Shown here piece by piece: positions 13,613-27,554 of a DNA stretch of 64,000 nucleotides. Below the pieces are notes generated by a model. The model was not told the DNA's origin. It ran no database searches and was given only the letters and a program-made list of their open reading frames with translations. The DNA lies in NCBI GenBank assembly GCA_951406725.2, contig OX597816.1, forward strand, positions 178,064,001 through 178,128,000, written 5' to 3'. The translations under genes and the position numbers were made by a program. How positions within the stretch are numbered: the first letter of the stretch is position 1; each line of letters opens with the position of its first letter. Origin of the DNA: Octopus vulgaris. Taxonomy: Eukaryota.

Positions 13613-13613
<1 letters not shown>
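12954..13613 (-). mobile_element. Hammerhead-containing non-coding element, 537-nt unit with ~125-bp terminal direct repeat, inserted in (TA)n
   Basis: 12954-13080 is repeated at 13491-13613; (TA)n on both flanks. Confidence 0.75.
13125..13199 (-). ncRNA. Type I hammerhead ribozyme with long loop II
   Basis: Minus strand: CTATG-CTGATGA-tCTTG...CAAGt-GAAA-CCAATTGG-TA-CATAG; palindromic stem III, GUA site, U.U at the base of stem II. Confidence 0.72.
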
Positions 13614-13678
<65 letters not shown>

Positions 13679-14032
13679 GAAAAATACAAACTGGGACAAG
13701 AACGTAAAACATTTAGAAGACGATACAAAAAACACAGACGGGACATTCGAAGCCTTCAATCTTCAGTCAAGAACCGGATCATCGTAGCAATTTCGGCTGA
13801 TTAATCTTGAGATCGCTCCGATCCGGCCAGCCCCAATGAAAAACTAAGCTACGAGCTTTAGATTTTTTGGAAGAAGGATCGAATGTATACGAAACAGGGA
13901 CAGAAAAACGGACGATGCCACACGAATATAAGATACAAAGAACAATAATGAAATACAAAAAACAATAAAGGTAAAAACAGGACGAAAACAGCGGGTGTCT
14001 TACGACTAATAAACAGTACAAGTTTAGCTGGC

Positions 14033-14143
<111 letters not shown>

Positions 14144-14308
14144 CGTATGTATGTGTGTGTGATTATGTGAGTGTATGTATGGATATATGTGCATATATAT
14201 ATATATATTGGCCTTTCACCATATGTAACTCGTAAACACCAGTCGTTCTTTTCTCCATCTCCTGTTGCCCGCTTTGGGATCTTTCTTTCCTCTCTCTTCC
14301 TTCGTTAT

Positions 14309-14343
14309 GTTTCCGACGAAGAGCTCCGCTCGAAACGTCATAC
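14309..14343 (+). ncRNA. Degenerate minimal hammerhead in a ~230-bp insert between (TA) tracts
   Basis: GTTT-CCGACGA-a-GAGC tcc GCTC-GAAA-CGT-C-ATAC; U4 is C and stem I has one mismatch. Confidence 0.55.
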
Positions 14344-15171
14344 CTTCCTGCTTCCATATTTCCTGAGCGCCTATTAATAATAATACTGTAATTGTTCCAT
14401 TGTTGTTGTTTTTTTGTTTTCCCGTTTGGATTAAAATTATATATATATATATATACGTGTATATATGAATATATTGTTGGACTCAGTTAACTGGACTTCT
14501 CACTTTGATATTTGTAAACTAAATGGTCTGACCATGTTCCTTTGAACTTGTCACAGTCAGGAATACACATACACACGCGTAAACACACCTACACACACAC
14601 ACACACACATACATAAAGACATTTTATCTGTTTGTGTGTGTGTGTGTGTGTGTGTAGGTGTGTTTACGCGTGTGTATGTGTGTGTGTGTGTGAGTGTGTG
14701 TGTTTGTGTTTGTGTGTGTGTGCGCGTGTGTGTATGTGTGCATACGTGTGTCTGTGGTTAGCATGAAATACAATTAAGCAACGAAAACTCAATATATTTT
14801 GGTAGAGTGGGGTAATGTTTATTCAGAATCAGAATCAAAGTTTCTTGTTCTTGATCTTCGATTTCAAAACTAGGAGCCAGCAGCTCCGAATAGTGACTTA
14901 ACCTAGACTTCAAATTTGCATAAGTGTGCGATGTGTATATGTGTATATATATGTGTGTGTGTGCGTATCTATATACTTCTTGTATATTGACTATATTCAT
15001 GTCAGTCAAATGTAATATATTACTACAAACGGTTTCGTGCATAAGAATAAATGATTAATTATCAACAGAGGTTTCAGTGGTTTGAAATCAATACTACCAA
15101 TAATCACTAAAATATGATTTCCCTTATTCTACTTGAAACTCTGTTGTTTGCTCGGATAACAAAATTTATCC

Positions 15172-15180
15172 ATATTATTA

Positions 15181-15222
<42 letters not shown>

Positions 15223-15254
15223 GCAGCAGCAGCAGCAGCAACAGCAGCAGTAGC

Positions 15255-15316
<62 letters not shown>
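15172..15316. repeat. Compound (TAT)n/(AGC)n/(AGT)n microsatellite
   Basis: Direct inspection. Confidence 0.95.
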
Positions 15317-15318
<2 letters not shown>

Positions 15319-15810
15319 CAATTACTATTATCATCATTCCGTTATCGTCATTGCTACAATTATTATTATTGTCCGTTTTACTGTAATTCATTCTTTTCTA
15401 GCCACAAACAAATTTCCAGTGATTTGCAGCTGCTCTTGTGATTCTTAGAAGCTATTCTTAGAAGTTTTCTTCTTCATTTAACATTATAAAAAAGGAATAT
15501 TCTTCTCCATACAATCTTTGAATTTCTTTATCTTCCTAATTTATGCTAGATTTCTTGAGGAAATGGAATGCCATGCATACAAGTGAAAGAATTGCTAAGA
15601 CATATTCTGAATAAATATAGACACCTTTCCACCTACACCTATACGCGAGCGCGCATACACACACACGCGCGCGCATGAAGGAATTAAGTTATACAGTTTG
15701 CAAGGGATAACTGTAGATGCCACATGTAACTATCTGATTTTTATACATAAATCAAAATGTTTAAAAATCTGAAGAGATGTGCACGCATACATATATACAT
15801 AGAAATGTAT

Positions 15811-16213
15811 TACTCTTTACTCTTTTACTCTTTTACTTGTTTCAGTCAGTTGACTGCGGCCATGCTGGAGCACCACCTTTAGTCGAGCAAATCGACCCCG
15901 GGACTTATTCTTTGTAAGCCCAGTACTTATTCTATCGGTCTCTTTTGCCGAACCGCTAAGTGACGGGGACGTAAACACACCAGCACCGGTTGTCAAGCAA
16001 TGCTAGGGGAACAAACACAGACACACAAACACATACACTTATATATATATACATATATACGACAGGCTTCTTTCAGTTTCCGTCTACCAAATCCACTCAC
16101 AAGGCATTGGTCGGCCCGAGGCTATAGCAGAAGACACTTGCCCAAGATGCCACGCAGTGGGACTGAACCTGGTTGGTTAGCAAGCTACTTACCACACAGC
16201 CACTCCTGCGCCT
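15811..16213 (-). mobile_element. SINE family A (tRNA-like head, CORE-like ccttgggcaagtg segment, (AAAAGAGT)n tail)
   Basis: Near-identical to copies at 40234, 59285 and 60996. Confidence 0.9.
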
Positions 16214-16234
16214 GTATGTACACATGCATATAAT

Positions 16235-16540
16235 AAAACCCCCCTTCAATCATGAACGACCATGGGATTGCGCCTAGAAGGTTACCCTCCGAGGTACGAG
16301 TCCGGGCAAGGTTGTTTATGGAAAACCAGCAGTCACCCATGCATACCAGCCTCCCCTCTCTACACCATCGATGTTATTCAATGGAAAGGCAAATACTGAT
16401 ACGTCTTGGCAACTCATTTCTACAGATGAGTGGACTGGAGCAACGTGAAATAAAGTTTCTTGCTCAAGAGCACAACACACAGCTCGGTCCGGGAATCGAA
16501 CTCACTACTCCATGATTGCTCTAACCACTAAGCTATGCAC
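16235..16540 (-). mobile_element. SINE family B (tRNA-like head; gtgttgtgctcttgagcaagaaactt central segment)
   Basis: B-box-like gttcgattccc on the minus strand; a decayed relative lies at ~49460-49660. Confidence 0.65.
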
Positions 16541-16560
16541 TTTCACATGCACACACACAC

Positions 16561-16900
<340 letters not shown>

Positions 16901-18075
16901 ACAAATGATCACAGTCCACTGGAACGAATGTTATAATACATACAGATACACTATTCTGAGCAGTGGATTGATAGTGACAATTGAGTGCAGGAACAAATAT
17001 CTTACAATGTTAACTTCCGACGTCTGCCAACCCAGCCCTGCCTATACGATGAGTCATTTTGTCATTCGATAAAATAAGCACCAATGATAAACTGGAGTTT
17101 ATAAACTTGAGATATTATGGGGTATGCATTGTATGATGCAGATAGGCCAATTTAGCTACTACTTTTTGATTTCCAATTTTGGCCATTTCATATTGCTAAT
17201 GACGTCAATGATGATATGGACATCACACAATCTCATTTACTCCTACGTATAATGTGTCAATGATTGTCGCCTCTTCTGATGCATATAATTTGTAGCATGT
17301 GCTTAGAAGTGTCTATCTTACACTTAAACAACCAGCCTTGACCTGTCAAAATTTCATACGTTGACCTGTCATACGAGCACATAAAGTATTAGTTTTTGAT
17401 TGTATCGATGAGAATAATTAAAGTTTTCAATTCTTTTTAAATCATTCGCTCATTTCGTGTGATTGAATCAAGGCGTAATTTGGAAAGAAACAGTAAGGTG
17501 ACATAGTTCCGGAGAACTGCGTAGGCTTTCATTAGAAACTAATTTCGAAAACGTATTCTGCTCACGTATTTGAAAATGTAGCTTTATGTTTAGATTCTTC
17601 TACACATCCGATATGTGAAGGAGCTTGTCTTAGCTTTCGTAGTGTTAAGAGATAGAGAGTTAATACCACCCTAGGCAAAAACCACAGATTTTTTTTTTAT
17701 ATTTTAGTATGTGCATCGGAAGACGAGGGATCTATTCAATTGGAGTTTGTTTGGGTTTACAATTGCTTGGTTTTAGATTCTGAATATTTGAATGTTGGTA
17801 CGAGACATTGTAGATTTTAGTGATATTTTAGGTGAATATTTGAATATTCGTGATGTTTCTTGACCAAACGCCTTTTGCATATTTGCCTTTATTGTTCTTG
17901 GAAGTGACTAGGGGCAGAAAGAAAATCCAAAATCATGTTCTGGTTAGGAGTGAATATTTTTCATTTTATGTGCTTGGCTTCTTTGTGTATATTATATGCG
18001 TGCGTGGTAATGGGTGAAGTGATATATAGATAGATAGGCAGATCAATAGACAATATAATATATATATATATACAT

Positions 18076-18125
<50 letters not shown>

Positions 18126-18178
18126 TGTGTGTGAGTGTGTGTATACATGTGTGTATGTGTGCATGCATAAATATATAT

Positions 18179-18295
<117 letters not shown>

Positions 18296-19225
18296 ATTTC
18301 TGACATAATTTCTAAATAAAGCTAGAAAATGAGAGAATCATTTGAGAAATTCTTTCAAATAGACGCAAATTGAATATCTGCAGATGAAAAGCATGTACAG
18401 TCGTTTAATGTAACCTCAAAATATTACATCTAGGACTTTCAATCGTTCTTGTAGAAGTAGAGGGCAAAACAATTCCAGCAAGATTAAAGGATGTGCAGAT
18501 GCTAAAATCTCTAATCTGTAAATCAGTTGTAGGTTTCTGTTTTCTGTCAAACCAATGCCCTTGGATGTCCGGATGTTTCCTCTCACGAATTAAAATATAT
18601 ACGGTGCCTATGGTTTGATTTTATGGTTTTTCTTCTTGTTTTTGTTTTTGTTTCTTTTTTAGTTTTTTTTTAAATATTAAACTTTTTCTCGACATAATAC
18701 ACCAATCAAATATTGTTGATATGAAACGATAATCGCATTTCGAAATATTTAAACAAGTTTACCAAAGTTATTCGCAAAGAAGACCTCATTATCAGTCGAA
18801 TTGGAGGCAAAAAATATTAGGGCATCAAGTATTAAATTGGCCTTGAACAATAAAAGAACGACTTTGAAAACAAAAATGATTTAAGTAATTCATTTGAATT
18901 TTTATAATTATTGTGATATCAGTCACTTAAAAATAAACAAACATTTGTTCTAATTAAAAAATATTAACTACGTATAAAAAGTTATATTGGCCGAAACCAA
19001 GAACATATTTGCATGTGTGTGATGACGAAATACCAGTGGTAACGTACAATTTCTTCAAGTAGGACTAAAACACTATATATATATTCTTTTATTCTATTTG
19101 TTTCAGTCATTTGACTGCGGTCATGCTCCGCAATGTTACAGGGACGTAAACACACTTGCATCGGTTGTCAAGCGATGTTGGGCAGACAAGCACAGACACA
19201 CAAACATATGCATATATGTATATTG

Positions 19226-21004
19226 TTCCGATATACCCATGGGCGCGCAAGACTCCGCTGAAGTGACCGACTTAGAATTTATCTTTTACATTTACCCAAA
19301 GAAGTATTCCCTGAATTGGAAGGTGGTCTTTACCACGACGACGCACTATTCTTAGTTAGAAATATCTCCAACAGCAAACTTGAACTATACAAAAAAAGAT
19401 TGCATAATTTCTTCAAAAACTAAGGAGTAGACATCACCATTGAAAAAGATAACAAAGCAGTGAACTTCCTAGACGTTAACTTTAACCTTAATACTTCATC
19501 TTATCAACCTTGCCATAAACCTAACAATAATATTACATACATACATGCACAAAATATCCATCCTTATAATATTATAAAAAATCTAACCTCTAACATTGAA
19601 AGTAGATTTAACTTATTAACATCCAATGAAGACATTTTTAACAAACATAAGGACTACTATAATCTAACATTTAAGAAGGCAGGATACAAATATCGAATTA
19701 AGTACAACAAAATCAATACCACCTATTATAATTATTGCAATAACTATCTAGATAAGAACAACACCGACCATGTTAGTGAACCTAAATCAACTGGTTAATT
19801 AGAAAACTCTGACAAACAATCAAATGATCTAATAATAATCATAATCATCAGCAATACATTAGCAACAGACACAAATCCTACAACAACAAACATAATAATA
19901 AACACTATCAATATGAGCACCACAACCATAACTTCACTAACAGAACTAATAACACAAATTTTACCAAGTTACAAATCACTAACTACACTGTAAATAATGT
20001 AATTAAACCCAAGTATACGGACAATAAATACCGAAAAAAGAATTAATTATAGATAGAAATAAGAACATTAAACCAACACACTTAAAAAGTCAAACTTATC
20101 CCACTACATCTAATCCTTCTAATAATTTACACAACCGCAAAAATCATATTAATAAAGTTAGGAATAATATAGAAAAAGAAACCTCTACGATATATAAGAA
20201 TAGATGACCCAGAAAATATAAACCACTACGATAATAAAGAAAACAACTATAACATCATTTGGATCATTCCTTTTGAAAAAGTCTAAAATCTAATTTTATA
20301 AAATCCATTAGAAATTTTTTTTTAATTTAAAAAATCTAAATATGGAAAAGTATTTAATAATAAAATGATCAGATTTGGATTTTCAGTATCTCCAAACCTT
20401 TTTAGGAACATCTCTTCATTTAACAATAAGAAACTAGACCAATTCTATGATAAAAATGCTCCTTATAATATACCTAGTAACCCCAATAATTCCATATCTA
20501 ATAACAACAATTATCAGGATAACCAAAACTCAGTTACCCTTAATACATATAGACATAACAGTAGAATACCAACTAATAATTCTAATTGTAATTGTAGAAA
20601 CCCAAGTACTTGTGAAGTAGATGGAAGCTGTAAAAGGAAAGATGTAGTACAAGTAACAATTATTATCCATAATCTCTCTAAATTTAATTACATCGGGTGT
20701 ACACAAAATTCTTTCAAATTAAGATTAAATAATCATAAATCATCCTTTAATGACCCTAGAAAAGAAAATAGCACAGGTCTATCCAAAAAAAGTTTGGCAA
20801 CTTAAAAGAAGCAATATAGATTACTCGATTTCTTGGAAAATAATTTCTTCAGCCCCATCTTATAGACATAACAAGATCTGCAAATTATGCCTCGAAGAGA
20901 TATATAAAATAAGGAAAAATGAACGAGCTTCTTGTTAATACGAGAGATGAAAAAGTTTTCCTTGCTGACATATGTCAAAATTTCTTTTTATTAACCTTAA
21001 ATAA

Positions 21005-21005
<1 letters not shown>
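19226..21005 (+). mobile_element. Penelope-like element remnant: RT C-half + C-terminal GIY-YIG endonuclease (Naiad-like Cys pattern)
   Basis: IPMGAQDSAEVTDL, GLYHDDA, NFLDVNFNL..YQP.HKPN, CNCRNPSTCEVDGSC, YIGCT...R..NHKSSF, TGLSK.VW.LK, CKLCLEE; stops and frameshifts. Clade is inferred. Confidence 0.87.
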
Positions 21006-21084
<79 letters not shown>

Positions 21085-21561
21085 CTACCCTAACTCTTTT
21101 TGTCTTTATCTTATTCCTTCTCCGTATAATTAAGTTGTTTGTATAATCTCTTTTTATTATTCCTATATATGGTACCAGATTTCTCTCTTTTATAATACTC
21201 TCTACATTAATTATCTTAAACTAATTGGATATTCATTTATTATGCAACCATCTCCCACTAAGAGATGGTCTATATAGTATGATCCACCTTTTATTAATAT
21301 GACATCTCTACCAAATCTTCATATACCTCCCCCTTTTTCTCAATACATTTTTAGAAAATTTTTGGACCTGCCCTTAATACACACACACACACACACACAT
21401 ATATACATATATACATATATATCACGTGATCACGTGACCGACCAGGCTATCAGATGTTGTTACACATCGCTGGTCACAATGCGTTCGCATTGTTTCTTTT
21501 TTTAGCCTTCGCATGACGCCACCCCGCTGGCTAAGCGAGCAGGCCAATATATATATATATT

Positions 21562-21602
<41 letters not shown>

Positions 21603-22800
21603 TAATTTGTTTGTAATTTTTTCTTTTTACAATATGTACTTAGATACACCCCTCCCTTACCTATTCCAATAATTATTATTTTTTATCACAATTGCCTATT
21701 GCCAATTTGTATGATATTTATTTCCTTTTTACTATTCATATGTGCAAACACTTTCAATACATTTCGGTGTCTTTTTCGCACTTATATATTCTTGATTAGA
21801 TCTTTTTCCTTCTTTTCTTCCTTCTTATTCGTAACCTATCCCATTTGTATAACATGTAGGTTTTTAAAAAAAAACTACCTCTCTTAACTATCCCGATTTT
21901 TATTTTTACTTTTTATCATTATTTGGGGCTTCTTGCAAATTATGCAGTGGAGGCCGTAAGAGTTAAATAATGGTCCCTATACTAAAACAGAAGTCATACT
22001 TTACAATTTCTATAAGTGCAGAATTCCATAATAAAGAGAAGCGAGCCATATATCGCTTCCATAAAATGCAGTTTCTAAGAAGAATAGAACTTGATTAACT
22101 TATATCTGCCATTGGCGGTTCTTATATCTGTAAATGCTTTTTTTTTTCAACTTTTTAAAATTCAGATGTCACAATTTTCTTAATTGTGGAGAATACCTGC
22201 AATCGATTGATAAACTATTCGTTGGAAATATTTATGTCTCTTATGCTTAATTAACTTTATTGATTCCGGAGCTATGCTATGGCTGTGTTCGCGCCGGCAG
22301 CTTGCGGAGGAAATATTTAAATAACAATCAGTAATATCATTCGTATAAACTTGAATAAATTCTAACTAATGACTCAATGTAAATTTTTATGCATAGATTC
22401 CTTGGCTTTTACTTAGAAAACAATTTTAATGTTCTATTGATTATTATGTTCTGGAGTATTTCAGACTTGTATTTCACATATACACTTTTAATCTCAATAC
22501 TAAAGTTATAAATTAACCATGTTAAATTCATAAGAATGCAAACCAGCTATTGTTATAGAGAAAACTGAACGGACTTACCTTGCTAATTTACTTAATCCTA
22601 AAATCCTTCTATTTGGCAAATAACCAATGGATACCTGGAAAAAGAACAAAAATATAGATATGATTATAAAAGGTCAATAAACTGCTAGAGAGACATATAC
22701 AAGTAAGAGAGAAAGAAGTAGGGAAGAAAGATTTTTTTCAATTTTTTTATCAAAATATATCACTTTATTCTATCAGTCCATATAAAACTTGAAATGTGTG

Positions 22801-23128
22801 GAAGCACTCTGTCGGTTACGACGATGAGGGTTCCGGTTGATCCGAATCAACGGAACAGCCTGCTCGTGAAATTAACGAGTAAGTGGCTGAGCACTCCACA
22901 GACACGTACACCCTTAACGTAGTTCTCGGGGATATTCAGCGTGACACAGAGAGTGACAAGGCCGGTCCCTTGAAATACAGGTACAATAGAAACAGGAAGT
23001 AGGAGTGAGAGAAAGTTGTGGTGAAAGAGTACAGCAGGGATCACCACCATCCCCTGCCGGAGCCTCGTGGAGCTTTTAGGTGTTTTCGCTCAATAAACAC
23101 TCACAACGCCCGGTTTGGGAATTCAAAA
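22801..23128 (-). mobile_element. SINE family C copy
   Basis: GC-richer interspersed repeat; part of it recurs inverted at 27225-27295. Confidence 0.55.
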
Positions 23129-23496
23129 CTTGAAATGAAAGTAATCACATATATGTACTTGAATATTTAAGTTCAAAAGTTCAAGAAAAAATAATGAAAG
23201 TCAGACTGGTGAAATCTATTCTTATACAAATTATAATTTCAGGAGCATTTGAACTCGGTGTTTCAAAATAAGGGAACACCTGTGGAGCAGGAGGCGGAGC
23301 AGTGCTGTATAAAATATCTTACGATTTTACATAGTTCTATCGCTGTGTCGAAAGTCTAAATCTCATCGGAGTACATTTTATTTTGGTCATTTTAATAAAA
23401 AATCCTAGTCATTTACGAGGAATCACTTTATGATACCCCGGGTTTACAAGTTTTATTTTGTAATAAATATGAAAAGGTTAAACATCCATTTTGTGT

Positions 23497-23636
23497 ATGT
23501 GGCAACGTCGCAACATGTGGCAATGTCGCAACATGTGGAAACGTCGCAACATGTGGCAACGTCGCAACATGTGGCAACACCGCAACATGTGGCAACGCCG
23601 CAACATGTGGCAACGTCGCAACATGTGGCAACACTG
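23497..23636. repeat. 18-bp minisatellite (ATGTGGCAACGTCGCAAC), about 7.6 copies
   Basis: Direct inspection; produces the PHVATL repeat in the ORF track. Confidence 0.95.
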
Positions 23637-24202
23637 GTTCTGACGCGTCTATACAGCAACGAAGTAAAATGACGGCATTAAATTTCATTGATACTATGGG
23701 AAATTATTACTCTGCTTTACATGTTTTCGCTTTACGAGCGATCACCGGGAACAAATTAACTTGTATATCGAGTCATTACCACACTAATGTCAAAAATCAG
23801 TTTTACAATAGTTTCAATGCTACTAGCATAGAGTGGTATCAATGTATAACTTGATATTGATTGGTATCAATGTATAGCAATGTATAACTTGATGGACTGG
23901 CTGATGAGTGAATACCTGCCATATAGCATTTACTGGAGACGTCGTTTTGTAATACAACACTTTATTCACTCGTTTAAACTGCAGATCTCATCCGTTAAAT
24001 AGGTACAGGCAAAAGAGCACCGTGTCGGCCCCGATCCTTCATTATTGCTCTAAGGACAAGACTTTTCTACAATGGACTCGAGCTGACTTCTAATATGTGA
24101 ATGGAATATGGTGTACAGAAACTGTGAGAAACCTAATCAAATATATATTACTTTTAATTGTTTCACGGAGAGGGTGTGGCCATGTTGGAGTACCATCATT
24201 AT

Positions 24203-24237
<35 letters not shown>

Positions 24238-24348
24238 CATTTTTATATCTAAGGAAGGATAACATTTTTTTCGAAAAAAATATATTCCTTTTCAAAAAAA
24301 ATTTTATCAATGGCCAGCATATCAAAAAATACCTTTAAAGGTTAAATC

Positions 24349-24557
24349 TATAAACAATTCATAATTAAGGGCAAACGAAAAAATTTCTAATGCCAGATAT
24401 GCCGAAAAATTGGACATATTGTCCATTAACCATATAATTTTTTCACAATATGCATATTGTGAAAAAATTATATGGTTAATGGACAATATGTCCAATTTTT
24501 CGGCATATCTGGCATTAGAAATTTTTTTCGTTTGCCCTTAATTATGAATTGTTTATA
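24349..24557. repeat. ~209-bp near-perfect spacer-less palindrome
   Basis: Centre atatg|catat at 24452/24453; arms differ only by one homopolymer indel. Confidence 0.92.
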
Positions 24558-24694
24558 TAAATTTTTATATATGCCCAGGCCTATTCCCCATTTTTTTAGA
24601 AGGGGGTAGACACAACAAGACTAACACCAGGCATTCTATTAATTTCCCATTCATTAAAGGTATTTTGACACTGTTTACGGATTAAAATATTTTG

Positions 24695-25262
24695 GGGATT
24701 ACATAGACAGTATTTTATGTAGGATATGGGCAGTTCCCATGAGCACTATTCGGACAGTCGTATAGATGAGGAGGCATGATTTTTGTCTGAAGTCTTTCAA
24801 TATAATGCCTGGCCTATTTGCGTCTATCTTTCTGTCAGTTTGAACAGTGAAGTTCCAAAGGAGTGAGATGCGGTCGTTTTCAAACACGGGCGGTGGTTAG
24901 TGCTTCCCCCAGTTTTTATCATGGGGCAGGTTCAAGTCTTTGCAAATTACTCAGTGAATATACTGTGCTGCTCTATCATGTCTGATGAGATATTCTGCAG
25001 GCGTAAAACGACTGCACATGGAGACAACATGATCAATGGTTTCATTTTGTTGTTCATATACACGACATGTTGGACTACTGCCGTTCTTTAAGACGTTGGC
25101 CTGGTAGCTTCTTGTAGGTAGGCATTGATCTTGGGCTGCTATGATAAACCTGTCTATCTCTGATTTCAGTCCAGAAGACATTAAACATTGATGGGTAAGG
25201 GCTTTGTCAACATCGGCACTATTAGCTCTCTTTAGGTAACTGCCATTGAGAAGCTTTTGTTG
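24695..25262 (-). mobile_element. R4/Dong-type 3' fragment
   Basis: IIAAQDQCLPTR, CRV..ETIDHVVSMC..EY..RHD, LLWNFTVQTDRKIDANRP, GTAHILHKILS. Confidence 0.85.
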
Positions 25263-25302
25263 TCATTTATCAGTAAGAATATATAAGTGCTTCTGTCTTA
25301 TA

Positions 25303-25318
25303 TCATTATTATTATTAT

Positions 25319-25393
<75 letters not shown>

Positions 25394-25408
25394 CAGCAGC
25401 AGCAGTAA

Positions 25409-25463
<55 letters not shown>
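25303..25463. repeat. (TTA)/(TAG)n microsatellite
   Basis: Direct inspection. Confidence 0.95.
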
Positions 25464-25464
<1 letters not shown>

Positions 25465-25519
25465 TACACACAATAAATTAGACTGTTGGAAAAAAAAATC
25501 CTAACATCGAGCTACAACC

Positions 25520-26075
25520 TTAGGTGTCAAGAACCCTAAGTATTCTACCTGTTTCTAATAACACTGGTTTCTAGAGCCATACTCAACTGAATTTTATGCC
25601 TATTTCTTCTGTTCAAATCTTTAGAGATTTCACTGATGCACCTTTAACAACTGGCACACATTTTACCCACACTTTCCATAGTCTCTGTAATTCAATGGCT
25701 AGGTCCTGGTACTTTGCTATTTCCTCTATAATACCTCTCATATTGATTTTTTCTTCATTTGAGACTGTAAAGTCAATTATCTGGCGCTTTCTATTCTCTT
25801 TATCAACCACTACTAAATCAGGCCTTCTAGCTTCTCCGTCAGTCGGAATGTTGAAGTTCCACAACATCTTGTATTTCTTACTTTCTAGTACTTTACTAGG
25901 TTCATGCTCATACCATTTATTAGTATGTTCAAACTAACTTTCTACATAACTCCCAGTGGATTACTCTCCCTAGGTTGTCATGTCTTTTTTTTTTTTTTGT
26001 TTTGTTTCTGTGCCAGTATACTACATTCACTTACTATATGAGTAACACTTTGGTTTTTGTCTATCTTGACGGCGT
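25520..26075 (-). mobile_element. R4/Dong-type RLE-domain fragment
   Basis: LWNFNIPTD..ARRPDLVVVDK...IID...KYQDLAIELQRLW...VPVV.GA. Confidence 0.82.
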
Positions 26076-27484
26076 CTAACAAAAAAAATAAGATAAAAAA
26101 AGTGGAAGAAGAAGGCAGAGAGTTTCACGGGAAAGATAAAGTGAGAGAGGGAGAGACAGAGAGAGTAAGTGATGACGTTCATAAAAAATAAAATGTAAAA
26201 TGTTTTGTGTTTTGTTTTTGAAAGACTCTATATTTTATAATCATAGTATGTATACTTTCTCACACAACAATTACAATATACTGCATTCCCTTTTGTTTGC
26301 TTGTGCGCATGTGTGAGGGTCAGTGTGTGTGTGCCTATACATGCACGCAAGTTCGTATGTATGTGTATGTGTATGTGTGTGTGTTTGCATGCGTTTGTAT
26401 GTCAGATATGTAAATAAACAGATCAATATAAAGACGGATAGGTATATAGACTATAGGAACAGACACATATGGAGACACGGATCCACACATATAAAGATGC
26501 ACATCCACACATACAAACATGGTACATAGTTGCATAACACACACACACAGACATGCACACACAAGGAGACAGAGGTGCATACATATACAAACACACGCTC
26601 ACACACACATCCATAGAAAATACACAAACACGGACAGGCAAGCACAATAAATATACAGGATACGTACATACATACATATATACATATGCATGCACACACA
26701 TATATACATACAAACACATGCAAACACACACATGCATACGTACATACATGCATGTATAGGCACACTCACACACACACTGACCCACACACATGCGCACAAA
26801 GAAAAGGGAACGCAGTGTAAATAAATGACAGAGTCAAGACTATTGAAAAGGTTGCAAGACGCAACGAAAAGTTTAGGAAAATAGAAATAAGAAAAAAGTG
26901 GAAATTTTACCGGTGAGTGTGTTAAATAATAAGGCACAAAAACAAAATGACTCTCCCCAGACACAACAGAATACGCTTCAACACACGAACTCATATAAAG
27001 AAGCTTGCAAACCAAATCCAAAAACGAATGACAATATATTTATTTTAAATCATTTATATATTTTAAATCGTTCATATTTCTCCCCTCTCTCTCTCTCTCT
27101 CTCTCACACACATTACTTTGGGCGCGAAAGAGTTTTGTATTTATTTTGCGCCGAGTAAAAAAGTGTTTTGTTGACAATCCATTTATTTAACAACAAAGAG
27201 ACAAAGAGGTGAGTAACAATTTGAGGCTCCGGCAGGCGGTGGTGGCGATCCCTGCTGTACTCTTTCGCCACAACTTTCTCTCACTCTTTCTTCTGTTGGC
27301 CTGCTCGCTTAGCCAGAGGGGTAGCCTCATTTGAAGGCTAAAACAATGCGAAGCGCATTGTGACCAGCGATATATATATATATGTAAATTTGAAACCATA
27401 ACGTGAAGGCGGATGACATACCGCTAAGTATTAAACAGTTGTTAATTAAACAGTTGTTACTGATCTAAAGATCCCAGATCAACT

Positions 27485-27554
27485 TTGACCAAAGGCCGTG
27501 ATTGACCAAAGGCCGTGATTGACCAAAGGCCGTGATTGACCAAAGGCCGTGATT
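27485..27554. repeat. 17-bp perfect tandem repeat x4 (ttgaccaaaggccgtga)
   Basis: Direct inspection. Confidence 0.95.

Noticed and set aside
13740-13800. Minus-strand CTGAAGA…CGAA motif in a (TA)n insert
   Set aside because: Stems are not supportable by eye.
20963-20971. In-frame TGA in C-*-H at the PLE C-terminus as possible selenocysteine
   Set aside because: The related element has CRH at this position (~35068), so it is most simply CGA>TGA decay at an Arg, not a Cys position.
23428-23688. PHVATL-repeat ORF or CRISPR-like array
   Set aside because: Contiguous minisatellite with no spacers, in eukaryotic context.
23895-23945. CTGATGA followed by a stem
   Set aside because: No GAAA after stem II and no stem I.
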